In this document: positions 37,839-47,845 of the stretch, one piece after another
Layout: the number at the start of each line of letters is the position of its first letter
How positions within the stretch are numbered: the first letter of the stretch is position 1
From: an uncultured Candidatus Saccharibacteria bacterium
Lineage (GTDB): Bacteria > Patescibacteriota > Minisyncoccia > Phycocordibacterales > UBA918
Assembly (NCBI GenBank): GCA_964611205.1
Contig: CAZSZB010000004.1
Span: 12,121-76,120 of the forward strand
DNA length: 64,000 nt
Reading direction: 5' to 3'
Made by a program: the position numbers and the translations under genes
Notes under the pieces: generated by a model
What the model saw: the letters and a program-made list of their open reading frames with translations, nothing else
What the model was told of the DNA's origin: nothing
Databases searched by the model: none

Positions 37839-38372
37839 ATGAGTCGATTAGGAAAACAACCAATTGAGTTACAGTCTGGGGTAGAGATGTCCCTTTCTGG
37901 TGACGTAGTTACTGTTAAGGGTCCCAAAGGCTCATTATCTTTAACTGTTAAAGATAATATCAAGATAAATATTGATGGTTCTACCGTCACTCTTGAGCCA
38001 GTTAATGATGCTAAGGAAACCTTAGCTATGTGGGGTACTTACGCTTCTATTTTACGAAACTTTATCATTGGAGTAACTGAAGGTTACGAGAAAAAGTTAG
38101 AGATTGAAGGAGTTGGTTACCGAGCTGAAGCAGCTGGTCAGAAACTGACTATTAACGTTGGATATTCACACCCAGTCATTATGGAAGTACCAGAGGGTAT
38201 CACCTGCATAGTTGAAAAAAACGTTGTTACAATCTCCGGGATTGATAAACACGCTGTTGGACAATTTGCAGCCAATGTTCGTAAGGTGAAAGAACCAGAA
38301 CCATACAAAGGTAAAGGTATACGTTACCAAGGTGAGTATATTATTCGTAAGCAAGGTAAGAAAGCAGTATAG
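37839..38372 (+). CDS. rplF: 50S ribosomal protein L6
   Basis: MSRLGKQPI, GVGYRA, PEPYKGKGIRY. Confidence 0.97.
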   Translation: MSRLGKQPIELQSGVEMSLSGDVVTVKGPKGSLSLTVKDNIKINIDGSTVTLEPVNDAKETLAMWGTYASILRNFIIGVTEGYEKKLEIEGVGYRAEAAGQKLTINVGYSHPVIMEVPEGITCIVEKNVVTISGIDKHAVGQFAANVRKVKEPEPYKGKGIRYQGEYIIRKQGKKAV

Positions 38373-38405
38373 AGTTAATATTGCTTTATCTTAAGTAGAA
38401 ATACT

Positions 38406-38756
38406 ATGAAAAAAACACAAGCTAAAACAGATACTCGCATACGAAGACACAATCGTATCCGGGCAAAGATATTTGGCACCGCTACTAAGCCTCGCCTTGC
38501 TGTCTTTAAGAGTAATACAGCTTTGTATGCGCAGCTGATAAATGATGATACAAATCAAACTATCGCTGCTGCAGATACCCGAAAGGCTGTCGGCGCTAAC
38601 CTAACAGAAAAGTCTGCAGCCGTAGGTAAAACTATCGCTGAAGCCGGAAAGAAAGCAGGGATAGAAACCATTGTTTTCGACCGTGGAGGATTTAAGTATC
38701 AGGGTATAATTGCTGCTTTAGCAGACGGAGCCCGTGAAGCTGGACTTAAATTCTAG
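38406..38756 (+). CDS. rplR: 50S ribosomal protein L18
   Basis: PRLAVFKSN, FDRGGFKY, AREAGLKF. Confidence 0.97.
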   Translation: MKKTQAKTDTRIRRHNRIRAKIFGTATKPRLAVFKSNTALYAQLINDDTNQTIAAADTRKAVGANLTEKSAAVGKTIAEAGKKAGIETIVFDRGGFKYQGIIAALADGAREAGLKF

Positions 38757-38782
38757 TGTAATTAAAAATAAATCTAATTAAA

Positions 38783-39445
38783 ATGTCAGAACAAAAAAAG
38801 CAGGAAGCTACAATGGAAGTCGAGACTGCGAACAACGCAGTTCCTACTCCAGACACTGATACAAAGACTGTATCGACTGATGCACCCGCTGCTGACGAGT
38901 CTAAGCAGAGTGCGAGACCACAGCGAGGACGCGGCGGTAATCGAAGTGGGGGTGATAATCAACGCAATCCACGTCGTCCTCGACGAGGTGGTCGCGGAGG
39001 AGAGCGAGTTCGCCAAGAATTTGATCAAAAAATCGTTAGTATCCGTCGCGTAACTCGTGTTATGGCAGGAGGACGACGTTTCTCCTTCTCAGTTTCGATG
39101 GTTATTGGTGATAAGAAGGGAAGAGTGGGAGTTGGTATTGGAAAAGCTGGAGATACTCAATTAGCTATTGAAAAATCAGTTCGTAATGCTAAGAAAAATA
39201 TGATCACTGTTCCTCTTAACAAAGATGGACACATACCACACGATGTACACACAAAAATTTCTTCTAGTGAAGTTATGATAATACCGGCTCCAGGCCGCGG
39301 TTTGGTTGCTGGTTCTTCTGTCCGTACAGTTTTGGAATTGGCGGGAGTAAAAGATGTTACAGCAAAGATATTTTCTCGCAGTAAGAATAAACTTAATAAC
39401 GCTCGTGCTACTGTCGAAGCACTTAAGCAATTAAAGAACGAATAA
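38783..39445 (+). CDS. rpsE: 30S ribosomal protein S5 with N-terminal extension
   Basis: RVTRVMAGGRRFSF, GVGIGKA, VLELAGVKD. Confidence 0.97.
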   Translation: MSEQKKQEATMEVETANNAVPTPDTDTKTVSTDAPAADESKQSARPQRGRGGNRSGGDNQRNPRRPRRGGRGGERVRQEFDQKIVSIRRVTRVMAGGRRFSFSVSMVIGDKKGRVGVGIGKAGDTQLAIEKSVRNAKKNMITVPLNKDGHIPHDVHTKISSSEVMIIPAPGRGLVAGSSVRTVLELAGVKDVTAKIFSRSKNKLNNARATVEALKQLKNE

Positions 39446-39447
39446 GT

Positions 39448-39897
39448 ATGCAGTTACACGAATTAAAACCAACCAAAGTTCGCAAAGTGGCCAAGCGTGT
39501 TGGTCGTGGTGGTAAACGCGGAAAAACTTCTGGCCGTGGTCATAAAGGTCAGAAAGCTCGTGCTGGTAACAGTACTCGTCCTGAAATGCGAGACTTCATT
39601 AAGAAATTACCTAAGTTGCGAGGACATGGTATCAACCGAGCTAAAACTGTAAACGCAGATAAGTTATCTATAACGGTAGTTAATCTAAGTCGTTTAGAAG
39701 CCATGTTAGAAAACAATTCACCCGTAAATCCTAAGTCTTTAGTGACTGCAGGCGTAGTTGCTTCAGTTAGAAAAAAAGCTCCTGTAGTTAAGATTTTGGG
39801 AAATGGTGAAGTTACCAAAAAATTCATAGTTACTAATTGTCAGGTCTCTGCGACAGCTAAAGAAAAGATTGAAAAGGCTGGAGGAAGCGTTGCTTAG
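39448..39897 (+). CDS. rplO: 50S ribosomal protein L15
   Basis: RVGRGGKRGKTSGRGHKGQKAR, KILGNG, KIEKAGG. Confidence 0.97.
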   Translation: MQLHELKPTKVRKVAKRVGRGGKRGKTSGRGHKGQKARAGNSTRPEMRDFIKKLPKLRGHGINRAKTVNADKLSITVVNLSRLEAMLENNSPVNPKSLVTAGVVASVRKKAPVVKILGNGEVTKKFIVTNCQVSATAKEKIEKAGGSVA

Positions 39898-39915
39898 TGT
39901 TAAAATAAAATAACT

Positions 39916-41190
39916 ATGCAAAAATTAATCCACAAACTGAAGATAATGGTAACCGACAAAGCGATTCGTAATCGGATTCTCTTTGTCTTGGGAGCGCTTG
40001 TAATTTTCCGAGCTTTAGCTACGATTCCAATTCCTGGTGTTGACCAAATAGTCCTCAATCAGTTTTTTGCTAACAACCAATTTTTAGGCTTGTTAAACAT
40101 TTTCTCTGGTGGTGGCCTATCAAACCTGTCCATTATGATGCTTGGAGTGGGTCCTTACATTACTAGCTCCATTATTATGCAGCTATTGACTGTAATGTCA
40201 CCGAAAATTAAAAGTCTCTACTCCGAAGAAGGAGAGGCTGGACGGGCTAAATTTCAGCAATATAGTCGCTTACTAACTCTTCCGTTAGCTATTCTACAAG
40301 CTTTCGGTTTCTTGACTCTATTACAAAGTCAGGGAGTGTTGGCTGGATTATCTACTTTTGATTTCGCAATCAACATTGTTTTGGTAGTAGCAGGATCATT
40401 ACTACTGATGTGGATTGGTGAATTAGTAACCGAGTTTGGTATTGGAAACGGTGTTTCCATCATCATCTTTGCTGGTATCGTAGCCGGTATTCCACAAACA
40501 GTTAGCCAATTATCTTACGCTTTTGCAGACCCTTCACAATTACCACTTTATATTGGATTCGTGTTGGTGGCTCTAGCAGTGACTTACGCGGTAGTCTTTA
40601 TGACTGAAGCTGAGAGGCCTGTACCGATTACTCACGCTAAACAAAGTCGAGGTACTAGTACTTATGGTGGTAGTCAATCTTACCTACCTTTGCGACTCAA
40701 TCAAGCTGGAGTGATTCCTATCATCTTCGCACTATCAATCCTACTGTTCCCTCAGATGATACTGAATATTCTCTCCGCCTTTGATTTTTCATGGGTAGCA
40801 GGAGCAACAGCTATAGTGACTGGTTTCTTAAATAATCAGTTTTATTATGGTATTGCGTACTTTATCTTGGTATTCCTTTTCACTTACTTCTATACGGCTG
40901 TAACATTCGATCCAGAGCAAGTGGCCAAGAATCTACAACGCAATGGTGCCTTTATTCCGGGTATACGTCCTGGTGGTCACACGTCTGAATATTTAGGCAA
41001 TATCATCACTAGACTGACACTAGTTGGTGCGACATTCCTCGGTATAGTAGCGGTCTTCCCAGTGGCTATGCAGATGGTAACCGGAATTGCTTCACTGGCG
41101 ATTGGTGGTACAGCATTACTGATTGTTGTGAGTGTGGTTTTGGACTTGATTCGTCGTGTTGATGCTCAGGTCAGTTTGCGAGAATACTAA
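39916..41190 (+). CDS. secY: Preprotein translocase SecY
   Basis: LGVGPYITSSII, GIGNGVS, AGVIPIIFA, FIPGIRPG, GGTALLIVV. Confidence 0.98.
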   Translation: MQKLIHKLKIMVTDKAIRNRILFVLGALVIFRALATIPIPGVDQIVLNQFFANNQFLGLLNIFSGGGLSNLSIMMLGVGPYITSSIIMQLLTVMSPKIKSLYSEEGEAGRAKFQQYSRLLTLPLAILQAFGFLTLLQSQGVLAGLSTFDFAINIVLVVAGSLLLMWIGELVTEFGIGNGVSIIIFAGIVAGIPQTVSQLSYAFADPSQLPLYIGFVLVALAVTYAVVFMTEAERPVPITHAKQSRGTSTYGGSQSYLPLRLNQAGVIPIIFALSILLFPQMILNILSAFDFSWVAGATAIVTGFLNNQFYYGIAYFILVFLFTYFYTAVTFDPEQVAKNLQRNGAFIPGIRPGGHTSEYLGNIITRLTLVGATFLGIVAVFPVAMQMVTGIASLAIGGTALLIVVSVVLDLIRRVDAQVSLREY

Positions 41191-41210
41191 TTTAGTCTTT
41201 CTAGACTATT

Positions 41211-41249
41211 AGAAAAAGACCACTAGCCTTTGGCTAGTGGTCTTTTTCT
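41211..41249 (+). terminator. Terminator after secY
   Basis: gaaaaagaccactagcc-ttt-ggctagtggtctttttc. Confidence 0.75.
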
Positions 41250-41333
41250 GTTTAGTTAAAAGTGAAAATCAAAACCCGAAGGTTTTGATTACAAAAGGGG
41301 CGACTGGGCCAGAATATTTGCGGCCCAGTCATC

Positions 41334-41474
41334 TTAGCGTTCGGATTCAACCATTGTTTCGGATTGGCTAGCGTCGGCCGTGACAGTCTCAAAAATAAGA
41401 CTGAAGGTAGCAATGGTTAATCCGATGATGGCAATCATCTGCCAGACTTGGAGTTTTCTTGCGTAAAAAAACAT
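41334..41474 (-). CDS. 46-aa single-TM small protein (not in the ORF track)
   Basis: MFFYARKLQVWQMIAIIGLTIATFSLIFETVTADASQSETMVESER; AGAGGGA SD; own terminator gactgggcc...ggcccagtc at about 41294-41331. Confidence 0.5.
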   Translation of the reverse strand: MFFYARKLQVWQMIAIIGLTIATFSLIFETVTADASQSETMVESER

Positions 41475-41546
41475 TTGTCCCTCTTGGTTTATTGGTCTCT
41501 GTAGGTAATAGAAACATTTAGGGCGCTGGAAGTCAAATAGTAGATT

Positions 41547-42125
41547 CTATGATTTTAGCCAGTTATGATAACCAGTGATTATTTTTTCAACTACGCTGGG
41601 AATATCATTCTCTGAAGTATTTATTACTAAATCATAATTTTCTTTATTGTACGGATCGATGTTGTAAAGACAAGAGTAACGCTTCGTCTCGCTGGCTAAT
41701 CGCTTCTCTAACTCTTTAACATATTCACTAACGGTCTCTGGTATGTGCTCAGCTTCCATTCTGCTTTTATCAATATTTGAGATAATACGCTCAGCAGCAG
41801 TTTCCAAGTCCAAATCTAAATAAACTTTAAAGGATTGTGGTATCCAGTGCCAGGCTGTCCGAGAGTCGATTACTATTTCATTTTCGTTTTCTCCTAATTC
41901 TTCAAGTTTGCTATCTACCCGATGATCAATGGTGTTTTCATTTTCAGCGGTTTTATTGGCTTTAAGTAAATCGATACCCATTTCTTTACCAATTGCTCTA
42001 AAAAGGTCTCCGGAAGAAAAATGCTTGTAGTTTAGTTCAGAAGCTACTTTTTTAGAAGTAGTGGATTTGCCGCTACCAGGCTTGCCTGCAATTGTGATTA
42101 TATTTTTCTTTAGCATAGTCATCAT
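41547..42125 (-). CDS. Cytidylate kinase-like NMP kinase (archaeal-type Cmk family)
   Basis: ITIAGKPGSGKST, SSGDLFR, RY..LYNID, YDLVINT. Confidence 0.8.
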   Translation of the reverse strand: MMTMLKKNIITIAGKPGSGKSTTSKKVASELNYKHFSSGDLFRAIGKEMGIDLLKANKTAENENTIDHRVDSKLEELGENENEIVIDSRTAWHWIPQSFKVYLDLDLETAAERIISNIDKSRMEAEHIPETVSEYVKELEKRLASETKRYSCLYNIDPYNKENYDLVINTSENDIPSVVEKIITGYHNWLKS

Positions 42126-42176
42126 ACGATACCATCATCTTGTAATTTTGTGTAACTAAAGTAAACTGCTCATATT

Positions 42177-42773
42177 ATGCGACCAAAAACAGTTATTTTC
42201 ATTGGACCTCAGGGTAGTGGTAAGGGAACACAAATTGTTGAATTAGATTCAATTTTGAAGAAAATTGATCCAACAAGAAGAGTGGTAGATATCCAGACTG
42301 GAAGGAGATTTAGAGCCATGGCTGCTTCAGGCGAGGGTTATACAGAAAGACACATTAGCAAGACACTGGATGAAGGTGTGTTGCAGCCGTTATTTCTCTC
42401 TACTGTCCTCTGGGGGGACGCTATGAAGGTTCATGTAGATGAAGATTGTCATTTACTAGTTGATGGTTTCCCGCGCATTGTAGATGAAGCAAGGGTTCTG
42501 GAATCCGCTTTGGATTTTTATAAGAGGGAGTATCTTGATATCATCAATTTAGATACACCGGAGGCTGTTGTTCGTGCCCGGATGGAAGAACGAGCGCGAC
42601 CAGACGATACTAAAGAATCTATCGAGGAACGATTGCGTTGGTACCGAGAAGAGACTTTACCAGTAGTTGAATATTATAGAAAAAGAGCTAACACAACTGT
42701 TCATGATATAGATGGAACAGACACTATTAGTGGAGTTCATACTGCTATATTGCAAGCGTTAAATATTAACTGA
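42177..42773 (+). CDS. adk: Adenylate kinase family (short, LID-less)
   Basis: GPQGSGKGTQ, DGFPR, RPDD; upstream of map. Confidence 0.82.
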   Translation: MRPKTVIFIGPQGSGKGTQIVELDSILKKIDPTRRVVDIQTGRRFRAMAASGEGYTERHISKTLDEGVLQPLFLSTVLWGDAMKVHVDEDCHLLVDGFPRIVDEARVLESALDFYKREYLDIINLDTPEAVVRARMEERARPDDTKESIEERLRWYREETLPVVEYYRKRANTTVHDIDGTDTISGVHTAILQALNIN

Positions 42774-43543
42774 TGAGTATTACAATAAAAACTGCTGAAG
42801 ATATTAAAAAGTTGCGCAAAGGAGGAAAGATACTCGCGTCTATTCTCGACGATTTAGAGAAATTAGTGGTGCCTGGTAATACGACCCTGGATATAGAAGA
42901 CGAAGCGATGGCTCTAATTGAAAAGCATGGAGTTGAGCCAATGATCCTTGGTTACCAACCAGGTTTTGCACCACGTCCTTATCCGGCTGCTACTTGTGTG
43001 TCTATCAATGATGTTTTGGTACATGGAATTCCAAATGAGCATCCAGAGGAATTTATAGCTGGAGACGTTGTTTCCATTGATACAGTGATCGCTTATGAAG
43101 GGTTAGTGGTTGATGCAGCTCGCACGGTAGCGGTAGGAGAAGCTAGTGAAGAAGTAAAACGCCTACTTGAGGTAACAAAGGAAGCTTTAAAAGCCGGAAT
43201 TAAAGCAGCTAAGGCGGGCAATTATACCCAGGACATCGGCCGAGCAGTTACTGAATCAGTACCAGCTGGTTTTGGTATTGTGGAAAGTTTTTGTGGTCAC
43301 GGTTTGGGCTATGATTTGCATGAGGAACCAAATGTGCCTAACTTCATAACTAAAGATAAAGGAGCCAAATTAAAACCAGGTATGGTTATAGCAATTGAGC
43401 CAATGATTACTTTGGGTAGTAAAGAAGTAGAAGTATTACCCGATGGTTACACCGCGGTTACAGTAGACGGTTCTCTATCCGCTCATATGGAGCACACAAT
43501 TTTAATCACAGAAGATGGTCCAGAAATATTGACTATTAACTAA
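42773..43543 (+). CDS. map: Methionine aminopeptidase type I
   Basis: CVSINDVLVHGIP, DAART, GHGLG, HEEP, AIEPM, SAHMEHT. Confidence 0.96.
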   Translation: MSITIKTAEDIKKLRKGGKILASILDDLEKLVVPGNTTLDIEDEAMALIEKHGVEPMILGYQPGFAPRPYPAATCVSINDVLVHGIPNEHPEEFIAGDVVSIDTVIAYEGLVVDAARTVAVGEASEEVKRLLEVTKEALKAGIKAAKAGNYTQDIGRAVTESVPAGFGIVESFCGHGLGYDLHEEPNVPNFITKDKGAKLKPGMVIAIEPMITLGSKEVEVLPDGYTAVTVDGSLSAHMEHTILITEDGPEILTIN

Positions 43544-43633
43544 TTTTATTTAGACAAAAATCATAAAATGCGTTGCATTTTATGATTTTTGTCGCTATAC
43601 TTCGGCGGTTAGATAACTAAAAATTTATTAAAT

Positions 43634-44239
43634 ATGGGACAACAATTACATCAAGAACGTTCACTCGTGATACTTAAACCAGACTCAGTTCAACGAAGTT
43701 TGGTTGGGGATATTATTCAGCGTTTTGAACGAACTGGTTTAAAAATTTCAGCTATGAAAATGATAGTAGCTACTGAGCAACAGCTGCTAGAACATTACAA
43801 TAAAGATGATGAATGGTTTCAGAAAAAGGGTGAAGGCATTATCAGAGATATGGAAGCTCAAAATCTGCCAGTTGAAAAAGAGGCAATTGAGTATGGTAAA
43901 GATATCGTCCGCAACCTTGTAACTTATATGACAGCTGCTCCAGTGGTAGCTATGGTGATGGAAGGAAATCAGGCTGTCGCCGTTGTGTCTAAGATTGTAG
44001 GAACTACCGAACCTTGTACTTCTGATGTCGGTACAATAAGAGGAGATTATACAGTAGATTCATATTCTCACTCTACACTCGAGAATCGTGGAGTTCGAAA
44101 CTTGGTCCATCAATCAGAATCACCAGAAGAAGCAGCTCGAGAGATACCACTATGGTTTAAGCCAGAAGAAATCATGAATTATGTTACAGCTCAAGAGCGC
44201 ATAATGTATGATGTTAACTTTGATGGAGTAAAAGACTAA
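43634..44239 (+). CDS. ndk: Nucleoside diphosphate kinase
   Basis: ERSLVILKPD, GTIRGDY, NLVHQS. Confidence 0.93.
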   Translation: MGQQLHQERSLVILKPDSVQRSLVGDIIQRFERTGLKISAMKMIVATEQQLLEHYNKDDEWFQKKGEGIIRDMEAQNLPVEKEAIEYGKDIVRNLVTYMTAAPVVAMVMEGNQAVAVVSKIVGTTEPCTSDVGTIRGDYTVDSYSHSTLENRGVRNLVHQSESPEEAAREIPLWFKPEEIMNYVTAQERIMYDVNFDGVKD

Positions 44240-44380
44240 ACAGCTCAACACAAAGTATATTTTTTAAAAAATTACAAAAGACCTAGCAATTATCCGCTAG
44301 GTTTTTTGTTTTTAAAGTTACAAAATAGAAAATTTGAAGGAGAGAGTAACATTTTTTAAGTTTGTGATATAATCGATATT

Positions 44381-44531
44381 GGAACCACTTATTTCGTATG
44401 TTCCGCTTAAGTCATTGTTCAGGGCTGCCTATAGCTGCAGGGAGTAATGAGAACTCGCAAGAGATTTCAGACACGACCTGAGAAGGGTGCCCACCTGGAA
44501 ACCCCGGGAGCATACGACTTGTTGTGGTTCC
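44381..44531 (+). ncRNA. ssrS: Probable 6S RNA
   Basis: Ends pair (ggaaccac/gtggttcc; tcgtatgttcc/ggagcatacga), GGGTGCCCACCT motif on the 3' strand, extended -10 TGaTATAAT 7 nt upstream, terminator aatacctc-actta-gaggtatt-tttt downstream. Confidence 0.65.
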
Positions 44532-44603
44532 GTGAAAGAATACCTCACTTAGAGGTATTTTTTCTTATCTACCGGTAAAGTTGACGTGCTATTATATATA
44601 CAT

Positions 44604-44981
44604 ATGTTACAACTGACGACAGTATTATTTCTAATTGCAGGCTCTATATTGGCGGTAGTTCACGCTATTGCTATGAAATTATATTTATATTGGAATCTTT
44701 GGTGGTTTGATTTACCAATGCACTTTTTAGGGGGAATAGTAGTGGCCTTGTTGGTTTTTACTCTGAAAGATTTACGGTTGGTTTCAAGACAGTTACTCAA
44801 GCCTTTTAAAGTAATAATTATCGTTTTCTTGGTAGCTGTAACTTGGGAATTATATGAGCTTTGGGCAGGAACCTTAATGGAAAGTAATTATATTTTTGAT
44901 ACAGCTCTCGATCTTATAATGGGCTTGTTGGGAGGAATTGTAGGTTATTTAGTCGCTAATAGTATTCGTCGATTAACTTAA
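44604..44981 (+). CDS. Small membrane protein (WFD..MHFLGG...WE..E...DT..D family)
   Basis: Four TMs with the conserved His/Glu/Asp pattern of DUF2238/VanZ-like proteins. Confidence 0.6.
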   Translation: MLQLTTVLFLIAGSILAVVHAIAMKLYLYWNLWWFDLPMHFLGGIVVALLVFTLKDLRLVSRQLLKPFKVIIIVFLVAVTWELYELWAGTLMESNYIFDTALDLIMGLLGGIVGYLVANSIRRLT

Positions 44982-44990
44982 TCTCTGTTT

Positions 44991-46352
44991 ATGTCTTCCA
45001 TTTTAAATTTTTACGGTGGCGTTGGTAGTGTAACAGGAGCAAATTTTGTACTTAATACCGGAGAATTAAATATCGCAGTCGATTGTGGTTTGATACAAGG
45101 TGATCGTTTTGCTCAAGCTGCTAACGCAGAGCCTTTTGCTTACAATCCGGCAGATATAGATGTGCTGTTTGTTACTCACGCTCACGCTGATCATATTGGA
45201 CGTATCCCCAAATTAGTACGTGAAGGATTTTCTGGTGTTATCTATTCGACGACCCCGACCAAAGAGCTGGCAGACATTATGATGCGGGATGCTCTTAAAG
45301 TAATGCAATATGAGAAAGAACGTTACGGAATAGAAATACTTTATGAGACGAAAGACATAGATGCGGCCATGGCTTTATGGCGGACGTTAGCTTATGAAGA
45401 AACAGTTAAGCTACAAGATAATGTGGAAGCTTATATAACAGACGCTGGTCATATACTAGGTTCAGGTATGATTCATCTTAAAAGGGGAGACAAAAAAATC
45501 GTCTTCACAGGAGATATCGGCAACATCCCGCAACCCTTACTAAATCCGCCAGTTGTGCCCACTGACTACGACTATATAGTAATGGAGAGTGTTTATGGCG
45601 ACCGGTTACACGAAGAGGTGGAGGAAAGAACAGAATTACTCCAACACTATATAGAGGATATACAAAGAAAAAATGGGACTCTAATAATTCCAGCTTTCTC
45701 TCTTGAGCGTACCCAAGGGATGCTCTATGAAATAAATAACATGGTCGAATCAGGAGCTATCAAACCTCTGCCCGTCTTCCTAGACTCACCACTAGCTATT
45801 TCAGTTACAGAGATTTATCGTCGACATATCGGTTATCTAAAAAACGATGTGCAGAAGCAGATTAAAGCAGGTGATGATATTTTTGATTTCACCGGCCTTT
45901 CCTTTACCCGAACAGTCCATGACTCTGCAGAGATTGCGAAAGAAAAAGGTGCCAAGATAATCATCGCCGGTTCAGGTATGAGTCACGGAGGACGCATTAG
46001 GGGACATGAGCAACGGTATTTAGATGAAAAAAATACGACGTTACTATTAGTTGGTTACCAGACAGTAGGAAGTCTTGGTCGGTTGCTCGCTGATGGAGCA
46101 AAAAAAGTACGGATAGATAAAATGGATGTAAAGGTTAAGGCAAAAATAGCCAGGATACGAGGTTACTCCGGACATGCTGATAGAGATCAATTAGTTGATT
46201 TAATCGCCCAAGGCGGAGATAAGGTAAAACAAGTGTTTGTCACGATGGGAGAGGAAAAATCATCTTTATTCCTAGTACAACGATTACGAGATTATTTGGA
46301 CATAAATGCCACCGCGCCAGCTCTAGACCAAAAAGCAGAAATAGATTTTTAG
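44991..46352 (+). CDS. MBL-fold beta-CASP ribonuclease (YSH1/CPSF-like)
   Basis: THAHADHIG, AGHILGS, FTGDIG, MESVYG, PAFSLERTQ, YSGHAD. Confidence 0.92.
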   Translation: MSSILNFYGGVGSVTGANFVLNTGELNIAVDCGLIQGDRFAQAANAEPFAYNPADIDVLFVTHAHADHIGRIPKLVREGFSGVIYSTTPTKELADIMMRDALKVMQYEKERYGIEILYETKDIDAAMALWRTLAYEETVKLQDNVEAYITDAGHILGSGMIHLKRGDKKIVFTGDIGNIPQPLLNPPVVPTDYDYIVMESVYGDRLHEEVEERTELLQHYIEDIQRKNGTLIIPAFSLERTQGMLYEINNMVESGAIKPLPVFLDSPLAISVTEIYRRHIGYLKNDVQKQIKAGDDIFDFTGLSFTRTVHDSAEIAKEKGAKIIIAGSGMSHGGRIRGHEQRYLDEKNTTLLLVGYQTVGSLGRLLADGAKKVRIDKMDVKVKAKIARIRGYSGHADRDQLVDLIAQGGDKVKQVFVTMGEEKSSLFLVQRLRDYLDINATAPALDQKAEIDF

Positions 46353-46438
46353 AAAATAGGTAGTCCAATTGTGATTACAGAACAAAAAAGACGGGCCCCT
46401 TACCGGGGCCCGTCTTTTTTTGTGACAAAACTTTATAT

Positions 46439-46786
46439 TTATTTACTCACTGTCTCTACTACTGTTTTGAAAGCCTCCGGTCGGTCCTTAGCTAGAGTAG
46501 CTAGCACTTTGCGGTTTAGCTTGATGTTTTTATCAGACAAAGCTTTGATGAAACGACTGTACTTCATTTCAAAAGGTCGTAGACCAGCGTTGATACGAGT
46601 AATCCATAATTTACGGAAGTCACCTTTTTTATCACGACGGTGGTCGAAAGCGTGCAGTTGAGCATGAAAAATCGCTTCACGAGCTTCTCGCTTTTTCTTT
46701 GAGCGACCAAAACGGTAGCCTTTTACTTGTTCGAGGATATATTTGCGGCGTTTGTTAGCCGTCACTCCTCCTTTTACACGTGCCAT
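46439..46786 (-). CDS. rplT: 50S ribosomal protein L20
   Basis: MARVKGG, FRKLWITRINA, LNRKVLA. Confidence 0.97.
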   Translation of the reverse strand: MARVKGGVTANKRRKYILEQVKGYRFGRSKKKREAREAIFHAQLHAFDHRRDKKGDFRKLWITRINAGLRPFEMKYSRFIKALSDKNIKLNRKVLATLAKDRPEAFKTVVETVSK

Positions 46787-46874
46787 AAATTATTTCAGTT
46801 AATTATAATCTAAATATCAGGTATTATATTTCTTTCGAGTTATAAAATTGCAGCAGCTGCGACAATTTTATAAG

Positions 46875-47066
46875 CTAGGCGCCTGATTTAGGGAGAAAAC
46901 GTCGAGTAACTCTTTTTGACAAATTCAAAAGCTGAGTACGTTTACGACGCAATCTTTGTTGTCCTGTTTGACGAGCGTTAAAGTGGTTCTGACCAATTCG
47001 GCGAGCTACCAGTTTTCCGTTCTTAGTCACTTTAATTCTTTTCGTATATGATTTGTTTGTTTTCAT
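46875..47066 (-). CDS. rpmI: 50S ribosomal protein L35
   Basis: MKTNKSYTKRIKVTKNGK; between infC and rplT. Confidence 0.92.
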   Translation of the reverse strand: MKTNKSYTKRIKVTKNGKLVARRIGQNHFNARQTGQQRLRRKRTQLLNLSKRVTRRFLPKSGA

Positions 47067-47167
47067 ATTGTTTTTTTGATCGGGCCTTGCCCAAAGGGAC
47101 AGGCAAAGTGGGCAAAATATACCTTATTTGGACGCAAATGTCCAATGGATTTTATGGTTTATAATAT

Positions 47168-47845
47168 TTAAATCAAGCCACCTTCTATATCCAAGAGTTC
47201 ATCTAGATCTTTCTTTTTCTTCTTAGCTATTTCTTGTTCTGCTTTAGGCGCCTTTTTCTTAGTCACTGGCTTTTCTTCTTCTATAAGTTTAGGTCCTTTT
47301 ACGCTCTTCCCAACTCGTTCGATGGTTGTCGTGAAGCCTTTTGGACTTTTCTTTATATCTTCAGCCAACTTATAGTCAGCGGGAATAATTTTTAGGAACC
47401 TTTCCAGTCTTTCTTTTAGGAAAGCTGGTTCCATGTACTTATAGCGACCCCAAAGGAACAAATCCACTTTTACTCGATGTCCTTCGTTAAGCCATTCCGC
47501 AGCTCGTTTGGCTTTGAGATTTTGGTCATGTTCTCCAGTTCCAATTTTAACTTGGACGCTTTTAGTTTCAGTAACATGTGATTTAGCTTTTACTTCACTA
47601 GCTTTACGTTTTGTTTCGTAACGATACTGACCGTAGTCCATTATTTTGGCTACTGGTGGTTTTGCGTTAGGGGAGATTTCAATCAAGTCTAGCTTAGCTT
47701 CTTCGGCAGCTTTTTTAGCTTCGGACACGGTCAGAACTCCCAGGTTTTCACCCTCGGCTCCGATAACTCGTAACTCTTTGGCTCGTATCGCGTCGTTGAT
47801 ACGAGTTTTTGCTTTATAGCTGTATGGTTTAAATGTTTTATTCAG
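47168..47845 (-). CDS. infC: Translation initiation factor IF-3, non-canonical start codon
   Basis: Frame extends upstream of the GTG at 47728 through RINDAIRAKELRVIG; no ATG/GTG/TTG before TAG at 47863; candidate starts CTG 47845 or ATA 47851/47860. Confidence 0.9.
   Translation of the reverse strand: MNKTFKPYSYKAKTRINDAIRAKELRVIGAEGENLGVLTVSEAKKAAEEAKLDLIEISPNAKPPVAKIMDYGQYRYETKRKASEVKAKSHVTETKSVQVKIGTGEHDQNLKAKRAAEWLNEGHRVKVDLFLWGRYKYMEPAFLKERLERFLKIIPADYKLAEDIKKSPKGFTTTIERVGKSVKGPKLIEEEKPVTKKKAPKAEQEIAKKKKKDLDELLDIEGGLI

Noticed and set aside
39445-39448. Absence of rpmD (L30) as a novelty
   Set aside because: Loss of L30 is an established CPR trait; used only as a taxonomic hint
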